DNA of 64,000 nt, from the NCBI GenBank assembly GCA_963754315.1, contig CAVWFS010000015.1:1-64000 (forward strand), given 5' to 3'. Position numbers and translations under genes: made by a program. The stretch is from an uncultured Candidatus Rokubacteria bacterium. GTDB taxonomy: Bacteria; Methylomirabilota; Methylomirabilia; Rokubacteriales; CSP1-6. The notes under the pieces are model-generated. The model searched no databases. It was not told where the DNA came from and was given only the letters and a program-made list of their open reading frames with translations. Within the stretch, counting starts at the first letter, position 1. Each line of letters starts with the position of its first letter. Positions 39,487 to 51,256 of the stretch are shown piece by piece.

Positions 39487-41380
39487 ATGATCCAGGATCG
39501 TGCACCGGCGTGGAGGCGAGCGGTCGGAGAGCGTAAAGCCTGCCGGGCGGTGCTGGGCATCGCGCTGTGCCTCGGACTGCTCGGCGAGGGGCCCTCGGAG
39601 GCCCAGACGGCAAGGCGGCAAGGTCACCACGTCCAACGCCATCTCGATGTACGGCGACCTCAAGTACCCCCCGGGCTTCAAGCACTTCGAGTACGCCAAC
39701 GCCGAGGCCCCCAAGGGTGGAGACGTCAAGCTCGCCGCCATCGGGACCTTCGACACGCTCAACCCCTTCATCGTGAAGGGAGTGCCGGCGGTCGGGCTGG
39801 GCGGCGTCTTCGAGACCCTCATGGTCAGCTCGCTGGACGAGCCGTTTTCCCAGTATGGGCTGCTGGCCGAGAGCATCGAGGTGCCGGCCGACCGGTCGTG
39901 GGTAGCCTTCACCCTGCGCCCCGAGGCGCGGTTTCACGACGGCACACCCGTCACCGTCGACGACGTGATCTGGACCTTCGAGACCTTGAAGAGCAAGGGC
40001 CAGCCGTTCTTCCGTAGCTACTACGCCCAGGTGGTGAAGGCCGAGCGGGCGGGCGATCGCAAGGTCAAGTTCACCTTCGGTCCCGGGGAGAACCGCGAGT
40101 TGCCCCTGATCGTCGGCCAGCTCCCCGTCCTTTCCAAGGCGGCCTGGAGCAAGCGCGATTTCGAGAAGACGACCTTGGAGCCTCCCCTCGGCAGCGGCCC
40201 TTACCGCATCGAGACGGTCGATGCGGGGCGCTCCATCACCTACCGGCGCGTCAAGGACTACTGGGGGGCCAAGCTCCCCGTGCGCACCGGTCAGGACAAC
40301 TTCGACAGCATGCGCTATGACTACTATCGCGACATCACGGTCGCGGTGGAGGCGCTCAAAGCAGGCGAGTTCGATTTTCGTCAGGAAAACGTGGCCAAGA
40401 ACTGGGCGACCGCCTACAACGTCCCCGTGGTCACCCAAGGTCTCCTCAAGAAGGAGGGCATCAAGAACGAAGTCCCCACCGGAATGCAGGCCTTCGTGTT
40501 CAACACACGGCGCCCCATCTTCGCGGACGCGCGGGTGCGACGTGCCCTCGGCTACGCCTTCGACTTCGACTGGATGAACAAGAATCTCTTCTTCGGCACC
40601 TACACGCGGACCAAGAGCTTCTTCTCCAACTCGGAGCTGGCCTCGCGCGGGCTTCCCAGTCCCGACGAGCTGAAGATCCTCGAGCCCTTCCGTGGCAAGA
40701 TCCCCGAGGAGGTCTTCACCAAGGAATATCAACCCCCGGACGGCAGCGATCAGCGCGAGGCGGCGCGCGAGGCCCTCCGACTCCTGGGGGAAGCCGGCTG
40801 GGTCGTGAAGGGCCAGAAGCTCGTCAATACCAAGACGGGCGAGCCCATGACGTTCGAGATTCTCCTCTCCGATCCCACCTGGGAACGCATCGCGCTTCCC
40901 TTCGCCAAGAGCCTGGAGCGGTTAGGCGTGACGGCCAAGGTCCGCACGGTGGACACCGCGCAGTACCAGAACCGCCTCGACAACTTCGACTTCGACATGG
41001 TGGTGACCGTGTGGGGGCAATCCTTGTCGCCGGGTAACGAGCAACGGGACGACTGGGGGTCGGCGGCGGCCTCTGCCCCCGGCAGCCGCAACCTCGCCGG
41101 TATCAAGGACCCTACGATAGACAAGCTCATCGAGCTGGTCATCCAGGCGCCCGACCGGCCAAGCCTCGTCACCCGCACGCGGGCGCTCGATCGCGTCCTC
41201 CTGTGGGGCTCGTACGTGATACCCCAGTGGCACATCAACCTCTTCCGGGTCGTCTACTGGGACAAATTCGGCCGGCCCGCCGTCAGCCCCAAGTACGGGC
41301 TCGGCTTCAGCACCTGGTGGGTTGATCCCCAGAAGGAGACGGCACTGGCAAAGCGCCGCGGTGAGGTGCTGAAGAAGTAA
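39487..41380 (+). CDS. yejA: YejA-like ABC substrate-binding protein, frameshift near 39608
   Basis: ISMYGDLKYPPGFKHFEYANAEAPKGG, ALDRVLLWG. Confidence 0.9.
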
Positions 41381-42493
41381 GTGCTCGCCTACGTCGTCCG
41401 GCGCCTGCTCCTGATGATCCCCACCCTGCTCGGGATCATGGTCATCAATTTCGTCATCGTGCAGGCGGCGCCGGGGGGGCCCGTGGAGCTGATGATCGCC
41501 CGCATCAAGGGCACCGCGGTGGAAGCCACCGCTCGTCTCGGCGGGTCCGCCGGCGGCGAAACAGCGGTGGGGCGCGCCGCCGAATCAGCGCCGGCGGCCG
41601 AGGTGACCAGCAAGTACCGGGGGGCGCGCGGGCTCGACCCCGAGCTGGTGCGCGCGCTGGAGCGCCAGTTCGGCTTCGACAAGCCCGCCCACGTTCGCTT
41701 CATGCACATGCTCCGCAGCTACCTGGCCCTGGATTTCGGCACCAGCTTCTTTCGTGACCAGCGGGTGATCGATCTCATCGTACAGAAGATGCCCGTGTCG
41801 GTCTCGCTCGGGCTGTGGACGACCCTGCTCATCTATCTCATCTCGATTCCGCTCGGCGTGGCCAAGGCGGTGCGGGATGGATCCGCCTTCGACGTCTGGA
41901 CGAGCGGGGTCGTCATCGTCGGCTACGCCATCCCCGGCTTCCTCTTCGCCATCCTCCTCATCGTGCTCTTCGCGGGCGGGAGCTTCGTGGCGTGGTTCCC
42001 CCTGCGCGGGCTCGTCTCCGAGGGCTGGGTGGACATGACGTGGCCGCAGCGCATCAAGGACTACTTCTGGCATCTCGCGCTACCGGTGACGGCTCTGGTC
42101 GTCGGCGGCTTCGCCGGGCTCACCATGCTGACCAAGAATTCCTTCCTGGAGGAGATCAACAAGCAGTACGTGGTGACGGCGCGCGCCAAGGGGCTCGCCA
42201 AGCAGCGCGTTCTCTACGGGCACGTGTTCCGCAACGCCATGCTCATCGTGGTGGCCGGGTTCCCGGCCGCCTTCGTGAGCATTCTCTTCACGGGCGCGCT
42301 CCTCATCGAGGTCATCTTCTCTCTCGATGGGCTGGGGCTCCTCGGCTTCGAGGCGGCCCTGAACCGTGACTACCCGATCATGTTCGGCGCGCTCTACATC
42401 TACACCTTGATCGGACTCGTGCTCAATTTGGTGACCGACCTCATGTACGTGGCCGTCGATCCTCGCATCGACTTTGCCACGCGCGAGGCATGA
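41381..42493 (+). CDS. yejB: microcin C/peptide ABC permease
   Basis: [40 protein letters not shown]. Confidence 0.92.
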   Translation: MLAYVVRRLLLMIPTLLGIMVINFVIVQAAPGGPVELMIARIKGTAVEATARLGGSAGGETAVGRAAESAPAAEVTSKYRGARGLDPELVRALERQFGFDKPAHVRFMHMLRSYLALDFGTSFFRDQRVIDLIVQKMPVSVSLGLWTTLLIYLISIPLGVAKAVRDGSAFDVWTSGVVIVGYAIPGFLFAILLIVLFAGGSFVAWFPLRGLVSEGWVDMTWPQRIKDYFWHLALPVTALVVGGFAGLTMLTKNSFLEEINKQYVVTARAKGLAKQRVLYGHVFRNAMLIVVAGFPAAFVSILFTGALLIEVIFSLDGLGLLGFEAALNRDYPIMFGALYIYTLIGLVLNLVTDLMYVAVDPRIDFATREA

Positions 42494-43510
42494 CCCCGCT
42501 CTTCCGGCGGCGGGTGCATAACTTCAAGGCGAATCGCCGGGGCTTCTGGTCGCTCTGGATCTTCCTGGTGCTCTTCGTGGTAAGCCTGGGGGCGGAGTTC
42601 ATCGCCAACGACGACCCTCTCCTCGTGCGCTACGACGGGCGTTTCTACTTTCCGATCTTCCGTGCCTACCCCGAGACGACGTTCGGGGGTGTGTTCCCCA
42701 CCGAGACCGTCTATCGCGATTCGGCCGTGATCCGCCTCATCCAGGAGAAGGGATGGATCCTCTGGCCTCCCATTCCGTTCAGCTACGACACGATCAACTA
42801 CGATCTGCCGGTGCCGGCGCCGGCCCCGCCGTCGTCGGGTCAACTGGCTGGGCACCGACGATCAGGGCCGTGATCTCCTGGCCCGGCTCATCTATGGCTT
42901 TCGCATCTCCGTGCTGTTCGGCCTCATCCTCACCGCGCTCAGCTCCGTCATCGGAATCCTGGCCGGAGCCGTGCAGGGCTACTTCGGGGGGTGGGTCGAT
43001 CTCGCCTTCCAGCGCTTCATCGAGATCTGGTCGGGGCTCCCGGTGCTCTACCTGCTCATCATCCTGGCCAGCGTGGTGGAGCCGAACTTCTGGTGGCTTC
43101 TCGGGCTCATGCTGCTCTTCAGCTGGATGGCGCTGGTCGGCGTGGTGCGGGCCGAGTTCTACCGGACGCGCAACTTCGACTACGTGCGGGCCGCCCGCGC
43201 CCTCGGAGTGGCCAATCGCCTCATCATGTGGCGCCATGTCCTTCCCAACGCCATGGTGGCCGCCCTCACCTTCTTGCCGTTCATCCTGAACGGCTCCATC
43301 ACCACCCTGACCTCCCTCGATTTTCTGGGCTTCGGGCTGCCTCCAGGGTCGCCTTCGCTGGGAGAAATTCTGGCCCAGGGCAAGGCGAATCTCCACGCGC
43401 CGTGGATCGGCATCACCGGCTTTCTCATCCTGGGCGTGATGCTGAGCCTGCTCGTGTTCGTGGGCGAGGCCGTGCGCGACGCCTTCGATCCGCGAAAGAC
43501 GGTGGCGTGA
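42490..43510 (+). CDS. yejE: microcin C/peptide ABC permease, frameshift near 42838
   Basis: [41 protein letters not shown]. Confidence 0.9.
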
Positions 43511-45144
43511 GCGCGCACGCGGCGCCGCTCCTGCGGGTGCGCGATCTGTCGGTCTCCTTCTCCACGCCGACGGGCGAGCTGGCTGCCGTGCGCAAGGTGT
43601 CGCTCGACCTGGACCGGGGAGAGACCCTGGCGCTGGTGGGCGAGAGCGGCTCCGGCAAGTCCGTGACCGCGCTGTCCATTGTCCAGCTCCTGCCCTACCC
43701 GGTGGCCCGTCACCCCAGCGGCAGCATCGAGTTTCGCGGCCGGGAACTCCTCGGCGCCAAGGAGACGGTGCTCCGCGCCGTCCGCGGCAACCGGATCGCC
43801 ATGATCTTCCAGGAGCCCATGACGTCGTTGAATCCGCTTCACACGATCGAGAAGCAGGTGAACGAAGTGCTCCTCGTGCACAAGCGCCTGCGCCGGGCGG
43901 CGGCCCGTGCCCGGACCCTCGAGCTGTTGCGGCTGGTGGGACTGTCCGAAGCGGAGCAACGCCTCGGGGCCTATCCGCATCAGCTCTCGGGAGGGCAGCG
44001 TCAGCGCGTGATGATCGCCATGGCCCTCGCCAACGAGCCCGACCTGCTGATCGCCGACGAGCCCACAACCGCCCTCGACGTCACCATCCAGGCGCAGATC
44101 CTCGACCTGTTGCGCCGGCTCCAGCGCTCGATGGGCATGGCGCTCCTGCTGATTACCCACGACCTCGGGATCGTGCGCGCGATGGCGGCCCGCGTGTGCG
44201 TCATGACGGAGGGGGAGATCGTGGAAGCGGGCCCCACCGCCGAGATCTTCGAGAGACCTCAGCACCCCTACACGCGCCGTCTGGTCGAAGCCGAGCCGCG
44301 CGGTGCCCCCAACCGGATCGCCCCCGATGCCCCGGTGATCATGGCCGCTCAGGACGTGCGCGTCTGGTTCCCAGTCAAGAGAGGCGTGTTGCGGCGCACG
44401 GCGGGCCACATCAAGGCGGTGGACGGCGTCTCCATCACCGTGCGCGAAGGTCAGACGGTCGGTGTGGTGGGAGAAAGCGGCTCGGGCAAGACCACCCTCG
44501 GGCTGGCCTTGCTGCGTCTGGCCACGAGCCGCGGGGCTATTCAGTTCGACGGGCGTGAGATCCAGGGGCTGGGCGGCCGGCAACTGCGTCCCCTGCGGCG
44601 TGAGATCCAGGTGGTCTTCCAGGACCCCTACGGAGCCCTTTCCCCGCGGCTGACGCTCGCCCAGATCGTCGGCGAGGGGCTACAGGTGCACCGCCTGGGC
44701 GCTACCGCCAGCGAGCATGCCCGACTGATCGATTCGGCCCTGGCCGAAGTCGGTCTCGACCCCCGCATGCGCGATCGCTACCCCCACGAGTTCTCGGGCG
44801 GTCAGCGTCAGCGCATCGCGATCGCGCGCGCCATGGTGCTGACACCGCGCTTCGTGGTGCTCGACGAGCCCACCTCTGCCCTCGACATGTCCGTTCAGGC
44901 CCAGATCGTGGACCTGCTCCGGGAGCTGCAACGCAGGCACCGCCTAGCCTATCTCTTCATCAGCCACGACCTGAAGGTGATCCGTGCCCTCGCCGACGAG
45001 ATCCTGGTCATGCGTGACGGTCGCGTGGTCGAGCACGGTCCGGCCACGCAGATTCTCGAGGCCCCGCGCGAAGCCTACACCAAGGCCCTCATGGCCGCCG
45101 CTTTCGAGATCCGCGCCGTCGACGGCGGCGTGGTACGCGAGTAA
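43507..45144 (+). CDS. yejF: duplicated ABC ATPase
   Basis: Two GESGSGK Walker A and two SGGQRQR signatures. Confidence 0.92.
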   Translation: MSAHAAPLLRVRDLSVSFSTPTGELAAVRKVSLDLDRGETLALVGESGSGKSVTALSIVQLLPYPVARHPSGSIEFRGRELLGAKETVLRAVRGNRIAMIFQEPMTSLNPLHTIEKQVNEVLLVHKRLRRAAARARTLELLRLVGLSEAEQRLGAYPHQLSGGQRQRVMIAMALANEPDLLIADEPTTALDVTIQAQILDLLRRLQRSMGMALLLITHDLGIVRAMAARVCVMTEGEIVEAGPTAEIFERPQHPYTRRLVEAEPRGAPNRIAPDAPVIMAAQDVRVWFPVKRGVLRRTAGHIKAVDGVSITVREGQTVGVVGESGSGKTTLGLALLRLATSRGAIQFDGREIQGLGGRQLRPLRREIQVVFQDPYGALSPRLTLAQIVGEGLQVHRLGATASEHARLIDSALAEVGLDPRMRDRYPHEFSGGQRQRIAIARAMVLTPRFVVLDEPTSALDMSVQAQIVDLLRELQRRHRLAYLFISHDLKVIRALADEILVMRDGRVVEHGPATQILEAPREAYTKALMAAAFEIRAVDGGVVRE

Positions 45145-45289
45145 GAGCACCGCGGATTCCGCGACGACTAGCATTCGACATGCCAAGCGTGGGAGGATGC
45201 GGACACCGATCATAGCCTCGGCGATGCGAGTCGGGAACGTGGGCTCGCGCTGCGTGTATCCTTTCAATCAAGGCGAGGAGACGATCGCG

Positions 45290-45500
45290 ATGAGCTGGCA
45301 ACCCGGCTCGGCCGTACCCCACCGTCGCCGGCGACGTGGAGCTCGCCACGCGCATCGCCCGGGACGATCAGGCGGCATTCGAAACGTTGATGCGCCGGCA
45401 CAATGGCCGGCTGTTCCGAGGTCGACGCGCGCGGATCTCATCCGCGATGACGCGGAGGCTGGGCGAAGACGCGTCCAGGACGCCTACCTCGATGCCTACG
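45290..45500 (+). pseudogene. ECF sigma-70 factor remnant
   Basis: DQAAFETLMRRHNGRLFR and RDDAEA...VQDAYLDAY across several frameshifts; C-terminal part not recognisable. Confidence 0.65.
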
Positions 45501-45832
45501 CACTCAGGCAGCGACGCGCGACGTCAACCTGGCGACGCCAGCTCGACTCCCCCAGGGTGTGAGCCGCGCATCCTCTGGACCGCGTGGGTGATCGCTGGGC
45601 TCGTGGCTTGAACAGGATCCGTTCCCCACACGGCGACCGCGGAACTGCTTCGATTCGAAGACGCCATTCCTGCCGCCACGGCTGGAAATTCACGGCACGC
45701 GACCGCGGAGAGTTTGCCTGGCGCGGCATCCTGGACACGACGCACGGTGCACCTTGACAGGATCACGCGGCCCGCGCTAGAAACCTCCTTCCACGCCTAT
45801 GATGGCCTGGGGATCCTCGAGAGTTCGACACC

Positions 45833-46590
45833 ATGCGCGCTGAGGAGCGGAGGAGGCGGGTCGGGATCATCGGCTGTGGCGCGATCGGGCGTCCCGTGGC
45901 CCGGGCACTGCTCGCCGACAAGGCCGGACCGCACATGCTGGCGGCGGTGCTCGCGCGCTCAGCCCGCGAACTCGACGGGTTCCCGGTCACGGCCGACGTC
46001 GATTCCTTCCTGGCAGGGTCCTACGACATGATCATCGAGGCGGGGGGGCCCGACGCGTTTCGTACCCTCGTGCCGGCGGCGCTCGAGCGCTCTGAGGTCT
46101 GGGCCGTGAGCCCGATCCCACTGGCCGATCCGGGTGTGGAGCGCAACATCCGACGGATCTGCGCGAACTCCGGGCATACCTTGCGTATCGCTCCAGGCGC
46201 TCTGGCCGCGTTCGATGGAATTGCCACCGCCATGGCGGCGGGCCTCGAGCGCCTGGAGGTCTTCATCGATCTGGCGCCTGGCCAGGCCCCCGAGCCAGAG
46301 CTGCTGTTCGAAGGAAGCGCCCGCGCCGTCGCCCTTCGCTACCCCGAGGGTGTCAACGTCGTGGTCGCCGCCGCGCTGGCCGGTCCGGGGCTGGATGCCA
46401 CGCAGGTCCGTGTCATGCGGCCCGCACGCGGGACCGTTGGCCGCACCATGGGGTTCACGGTCAGATCGCGGGCCGGCATCTTCGCGTGACGGCGAATCCT
46501 CGGGTGATTCCCGCCGAAGACATCCACACGGTGGCGGCGAGCCTGGTTGCCATGCTACGCCGTGAAACAACGGGCATCGTGGTCGGCTAG
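45833..46590 (+). CDS. L-aspartate dehydrogenase (NadX-like/DUF108), frameshift near 46485
   Basis: IGCGAIG, FEGSARAVALRYP..VNV; C-terminus continues as HTVAASLVAMLRR...IVVG*. Confidence 0.75.
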
Positions 46591-46642
46591 CCTCGTCTCG
46601 TCCCCCCTTTCCTACGCGGCGATCTTCATGGGATCTCGGTCA

Positions 46643-47192
46643 TTACGAGGCCGAGGCCGTGACGGCCTTCAGGACCTCGGCCGGATCCAGAAGATCGAGC
46701 GAGTTGTCCATCACCTTCACGAACTTCACTGTCCCTGTCTTGTCGACGATGAAATACGCCCGCCTGGCGTAGCGGTAGACCGGGCTGGCCTCGTCGGTCT
46801 GCATCGCGCCGTAGGCGGGAAGCATCTGACGGCGAAAATCGGAGAGCAGGAGCTGCTTGCTTCCGTGTTCCTTCTTCCATGCGGCCAGGGCCAAGTGGTG
46901 ATCGGTGCTGATGCCCACGACCTGGGCGCCTGCGGCCTCGAACTGCGGCAGAGCCGCCTCGAAGCCGAGCAGCTCTTTCGTTCAGGTGTTCGTGAAGGCG
47001 GCAATGAACGTGTAGATGACCACGGGCCCCTTGGCCGTCAGCTCAGACAGCTTGACGGGCTTGCCGTCGGTCCCGTTCAGCGTGAAGTCAGGCGCCTTCT
47101 GCCCGACTTCCAGCGCGGTGGCCAAACCCGCCCACGTCAGGCTGAGCAGACACGGCCAAGACGATGCTGCGGAGCAGCGGAGAAATACGCAT
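46643..47192 (-). CDS. exported peroxiredoxin, probable selenoprotein (UGA at 46984-46982); signal-peptide frameshift near 47150
   Basis: LEVGQKAPDFTL...FIAAFTNT-TGA-TKELLGF...GISTD...RRAYFIVD in frame; the TGA is at the peroxidatic Cys position; AGGAGG RBS. Confidence 0.88.
46951..46975 (-). other. bacterial SECIS-like hairpin
   Basis: GAGCUGC-UCG-GCUU-CGA-G-GCGGCUC; G-first loop begins 16 nt after UGA. Confidence 0.6.
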
Positions 47193-47459
47193 CGACTCCT
47201 CCTTTGGGGTCTCGGCGTAGATCGAAATCCACGGCGGCCCCCGGGCTCTCGCGACAAGGATCGACCCGCTCGGGGCTGTCGTCAACAGTTTCTCGGAAGC
47301 CGGCACATTGCCTACTAAAGTCTGCGGCGGCGAGCACTCAGGAAGGCGCCCGGGGCCTTGACTTCGACCACCAGCGGCGCGATCTTGGCACGCGCCCGTC
47401 GGCGGCGGTCCGTACGACGCAGAGCGCAGTCTCATGACCCCATTGCTTGGAGGTGCCGT

Positions 47460-48467
47460 ATGCGATCGGATCGGATGCTCGGGACCGTCGATTTCCACAC
47501 GGCCGGCATCGGGATGCGGCTGGTGACGAGCGGCCTCGGGCGGCTGCCCGGGAGCACCATCGTGGAGAAGCGCCGCTGGTTCCAGGAAAACCTCGACGAT
47601 GTGCGGACCGGTCTCTGCCTCGAGCCGCGCGGCCACCGCGGCCTTCTCATCGCGGTCTTGACCGAGCCCGTCTCGCCCGGCGCTCACTTCGGGCTTCTGT
47701 TCATCTATCCAGGGGGCTACTACGTCTCGTGCGGCGAGGGCACGCTCGGCGCGGCCACCGTGGCGGTCGAGACAGGCATGGTGCCACGGACGGGGGTCGA
47801 GACCCTGGTGGTCATCGACACGGAGGCCGGTGTCGTCGAGGCCACGGTCCGTTCCGAGGGCGACCGCGTACGCGAGGTCACGCTCCGGTGGACGCCAGCG
47901 CTCGTGGCCCTTCCCGCTCAGATCGTCGAGGTCGATGGGCTGGGCGAGGTGCCCCTCGACATCGCCATGGGCGCCGGCAACGTCTTTGCCATCGTGGAGG
48001 CGCCTCGTGTCGGCGTCGCCGTGCGGCGGGAGATGGCCGGGCGGATCGCCCAGCGGGGCGTGGCGGTTCGGGCCGCGGTCAACGAACAGATTCACGTCGA
48101 GGTGCCAGGGATCGGCAAGACGAGCGTGGACAACGTGCTCGTCCACGAGCTGCCCGATGAGGACGGTGTCTCGCCCAACGCGCTCGTCTGGGGCCCAGGG
48201 CAGGTCGATGCCGCGCCGTGCGGCTCGGGCACGTGCGCGCGCATGGCGCTCTTCCATCACCGGGGGCGCATGTCGGTCGGATCGACATTCGTGAGCCGAG
48301 GTCTGCTCGGTCTCGACTTCACCGCCAGGATCATCGGCGAGACGGTGGTCGAGGGACGTCGGGCGATCCTGCCGGAAATCACCGGCACCAGCTATCTGAC
48401 CGGCTTCAGCCAGTTCCTGTTCGATCCCGATGATCCGCTGCGCGCCGGCTATCTGCTCGAAGGGTAG
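47460..48467 (+). CDS. proline racemase/hydroxyproline epimerase family (variant motifs)
   Basis: VDFHTAG, EPRGH, SCGEG and DAAPCGSG with both Cys. Confidence 0.88.
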   Translation: MRSDRMLGTVDFHTAGIGMRLVTSGLGRLPGSTIVEKRRWFQENLDDVRTGLCLEPRGHRGLLIAVLTEPVSPGAHFGLLFIYPGGYYVSCGEGTLGAATVAVETGMVPRTGVETLVVIDTEAGVVEATVRSEGDRVREVTLRWTPALVALPAQIVEVDGLGEVPLDIAMGAGNVFAIVEAPRVGVAVRREMAGRIAQRGVAVRAAVNEQIHVEVPGIGKTSVDNVLVHELPDEDGVSPNALVWGPGQVDAAPCGSGTCARMALFHHRGRMSVGSTFVSRGLLGLDFTARIIGETVVEGRRAILPEITGTSYLTGFSQFLFDPDDPLRAGYLLEG

Positions 48468-48471
48468 TGGC

Positions 48472-49722
48472 ATGAAGACGATCGTGCTCGGTGGCGGCGT
48501 GGTCGGCGTGACCACGGCCTACTTCCTGGCCAAGGCGGGTCACCAGGTGACAGTGGTCGAGGAGAAGGATGCGCTCGGGCTCGAGGCGACATCGGGCAAT
48601 GCCGGCATCATTGCTCCCGGCCATTCGTTCGCGTGGGCGTCACCGCGCGCGCCCCGCATGCTCTGGCAGTCGCTCCGCGGTGCGGAGACAGCGCTGCGGG
48701 TGAAGCTGGCCCCCGATCTCCGACTCTACACATGGGGGGCGCGCTTCCTGCGCGAGTGCACGAGCACCCGCGCCCGGCGCAACACGCTGGTCAAGCTGCG
48801 CCTGTGCCAGTACAGCCAGGGTGTGCTGAGCGACCTCGTGCGGGCCGAGGCCATCGAATACCACGCCGTCACCCGGGGGGCCCTCTATCTCTATCGCGAT
48901 CCGGCCGAGCTGGAGGCGGGGGCGAAGAGGATGGCCCTGCTTGCCGAGCACGGACAGAAACAGGAAATCCTCGATGCCCGCGCGGTGGCGAAGCTCGATT
49001 CAGCGTTCGAGCCGGTGCAGGGCCGGATCGCGGGGGCCATCCGAGATCTCGGAGACTCGAGCGGCGATGCGCACGTCTTCGTGGAGCGTCTGGCCGACAG
49101 GTGCCGTGACAAGCTCGGCGTGGTAGTCCAGCTGGGGACCAGGGTGACCGGGCTCCTCGGAGGGGGCGATCACATCGCCGGTGTCATCACGACCCGGGGC
49201 ACGCTGAGCGCTGACAACTATGTTCTCGCGCTCGGAGTCGGCGCGCCGATCGTCGCCAGCACGGCGGGGATCAGCCTTCCCATCTATCCGGCGAAAGGGT
49301 ACTCATCCACGTTCCCGCTCAAGCCAGGTGGCCTGGCCCCCACCGTCCCGGGGGTCGATGAGAAGTGGCTGGTGGGTTGGTCACGGCTCGGCGACCGCCT
49401 GCGCCTCACCTCGACGGCCGAGTTCGCGGGCTACGACTGGGGCTGGACGCCTCGCGACTTCGCCAACATCCTCCGTCTGGCTCGCGATCTCTTTCCCGAC
49501 GCCGCCGACTACGATCAGGGTCAGTACCGGGCTTGTCTCAGACCCATGACGCCCGACGGACCGCCGATCCTCGGCCTCGGCCGCCACCGCAACCTGTTCC
49601 TCAACTGCGGCCACGGTCACATGGGCTGGACCATGGCCTGCGGAACCGCGCGCATCGTGGCTGACCTCATGACGGGACGCATGCCGGAGCTCGATCTGGG
49701 GGGGCTTACCCTGGGTCGTTGA
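48472..49722 (+). CDS. D-amino acid dehydrogenase (DadA-like)
   Basis: LGGGVVG, PIYPAKGYS, LRPMTPDG, GHGHMGWTMACG. Confidence 0.9.
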   Translation: MKTIVLGGGVVGVTTAYFLAKAGHQVTVVEEKDALGLEATSGNAGIIAPGHSFAWASPRAPRMLWQSLRGAETALRVKLAPDLRLYTWGARFLRECTSTRARRNTLVKLRLCQYSQGVLSDLVRAEAIEYHAVTRGALYLYRDPAELEAGAKRMALLAEHGQKQEILDARAVAKLDSAFEPVQGRIAGAIRDLGDSSGDAHVFVERLADRCRDKLGVVVQLGTRVTGLLGGGDHIAGVITTRGTLSADNYVLALGVGAPIVASTAGISLPIYPAKGYSSTFPLKPGGLAPTVPGVDEKWLVGWSRLGDRLRLTSTAEFAGYDWGWTPRDFANILRLARDLFPDAADYDQGQYRACLRPMTPDGPPILGLGRHRNLFLNCGHGHMGWTMACGTARIVADLMTGRMPELDLGGLTLGR

Positions 49723-50218
49723 CGCTCCGTGGGCTGGCGCCGTCCAGCACCGCCAGGAGGCGATCGAGCGAGCGCTCGAGGCAGGCCAGGATCTCGTCGC
49801 GACAGGCACGGTACTTCGCCTCTCCCTGCAACACCGGGTCCTCGATGTCGCCGGTGTCCCCGGCAAACTCGCGAAGCGTGAAGAGCGGCCGGCCATCCGC
49901 CTCCTCGAAGGACGCCACCGTCGCGCGTTGCGACTCCGTCATGGTCAGGATCAGATCGGCCTCCCCGACCAGGTGGCGATGACGACGCAGGTCGGTCGAG
50001 GTGATGGTGTCTTCTGCCAGGTGGATGCCGTCCTCACGGAGGACGATGCGCGCGTCGAGGGACGGGATCATCCCGTCCCTCGCCACGTTGCCCACCCCAC
50101 CCGAGCATACCCGCACCGCCTCGTTCGCCGCCCTCTCCAGTAACATCTTCTCGAGGAGCACGTGCGCCATGACGCTGCGGCACGTGTTGGCGTGGCAGAC
50201 GAACAGAACGGTTCTCAC
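49706..50218 (-). CDS. low-molecular-weight protein phosphatase family
   Basis: VLFVCHANTCRS (CX5R), DIEDP. Confidence 0.88.
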   Translation of the reverse strand: MRTVLFVCHANTCRSVMAHVLLEKMLLERAANEAVRVCSGGVGNVARDGMIPSLDARIVLREDGIHLAEDTITSTDLRRHRHLVGEADLILTMTESQRATVASFEEADGRPLFTLREFAGDTGDIEDPVLQGEAKYRACRDEILACLERSLDRLLAVLDGASPRSVNDPG

Positions 50219-51207
50219 CGCTCCTCGCGCGGCCACTGCCAGAAGCGGACACTGCCGCCGAGATCCGACCATTCGCCGGCCGGGCGCTCGTTCAGGGTCC
50301 GCCCGAAGCCCACCGCGGGCGCCGGCTTGAGGTCAGCCCCGAGCGTCTTCGGAAACAGCTGCGCCAGCTGCTCGGGATCGAACCGATGGCCCGCGACGAG
50401 GCGCCGCACGGCCTGGGGCTGGGCCAGCAAGGTGTACCCGTACTCGAAGGAATGGAAGACCTGCCCGTTCACCTGGGCTGCTGCTTCGCTGGCGAGATAG
50501 ACGACCAGGGGTGCCACGTTGTCGGGATCGCGCTCGGTGCCGACCGCCTGCTCGCTCGGCCACTTCCCCGATTGCTCGAAGACCTCGCGACCCCGGGGCG
50601 TGGAGTCGATCATGCGCGTGGCACCGCTCGGCATGATCGTGTTGGCGGTGACGTTGTACTTGGCCATGGCGTTGGCCGTGGACCATGTGAGCCCGATGAT
50701 CCCCGCCTTGGCGGCCGCGTAGTTGGGCTGGCCCGGCGCTCCCAGCGCCGACACCGAGGACATGTTGATGAAGCGCCCGTACTGCTGCTGCCGCATGGAC
50801 ACCGAGGCCGCCCGCATGGTGTTGTAGGTGCCCTTGAGGTGGACGGCGATGACTGCGTCCCACTCCTCCTCGGTCATGTTGAAGATCATGCGGTCGCGCA
50901 GGATGCCGGCCACGTTCACCACGATGTCGATCCGTCCCCAGCGGTCGATCACCTGCTGGACCATGGCCGCGGCCTGGCGCGCATCGGCCACCGAGCCGCC
51001 GTTGGACTCGGCCTGGCCGCCTGCCTTGCGAATCTCGGCCACTACCTGAGCGGCCGGGCTCGTGTCGACGCCTTCTCCACTCAGGCTCGCGCCGAGGTCG
51101 TTGACCATCACCCGCGCCCCGGCCTTCGCCATGGCGATGGCGATCCCCCGGCCGATACCCCTGCCCGCTCCCGTGACCAGCGCGTTCTTCCCGTCGAGCA
51201 TGCCCAT
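50215..51207 (-). CDS. SDR oxidoreductase
   Basis: TGAGRGIG, AGILRD, YAAAK. Confidence 0.92.
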   Translation of the reverse strand: MGMLDGKNALVTGAGRGIGRGIAIAMAKAGARVMVNDLGASLSGEGVDTSPAAQVVAEIRKAGGQAESNGGSVADARQAAAMVQQVIDRWGRIDIVVNVAGILRDRMIFNMTEEEWDAVIAVHLKGTYNTMRAASVSMRQQQYGRFINMSSVSALGAPGQPNYAAAKAGIIGLTWSTANAMAKYNVTANTIMPSGATRMIDSTPRGREVFEQSGKWPSEQAVGTERDPDNVAPLVVYLASEAAAQVNGQVFHSFEYGYTLLAQPQAVRRLVAGHRFDPEQLAQLFPKTLGADLKPAPAVGFGRTLNERPAGEWSDLGGSVRFWQWPREER

Positions 51208-51256
51208 GTTTAACTCATCTCCTCCCGTGAGATCATTCGGTCGTCGGCCGAGAAGC

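Noticed and set aside
30190..43510. Programmed ribosomal frameshifting in ubiD, metE-like, adh, yejA and yejE
   Set aside because: No slippery heptamers are evident and these families are not known for recoding; read error is simpler.
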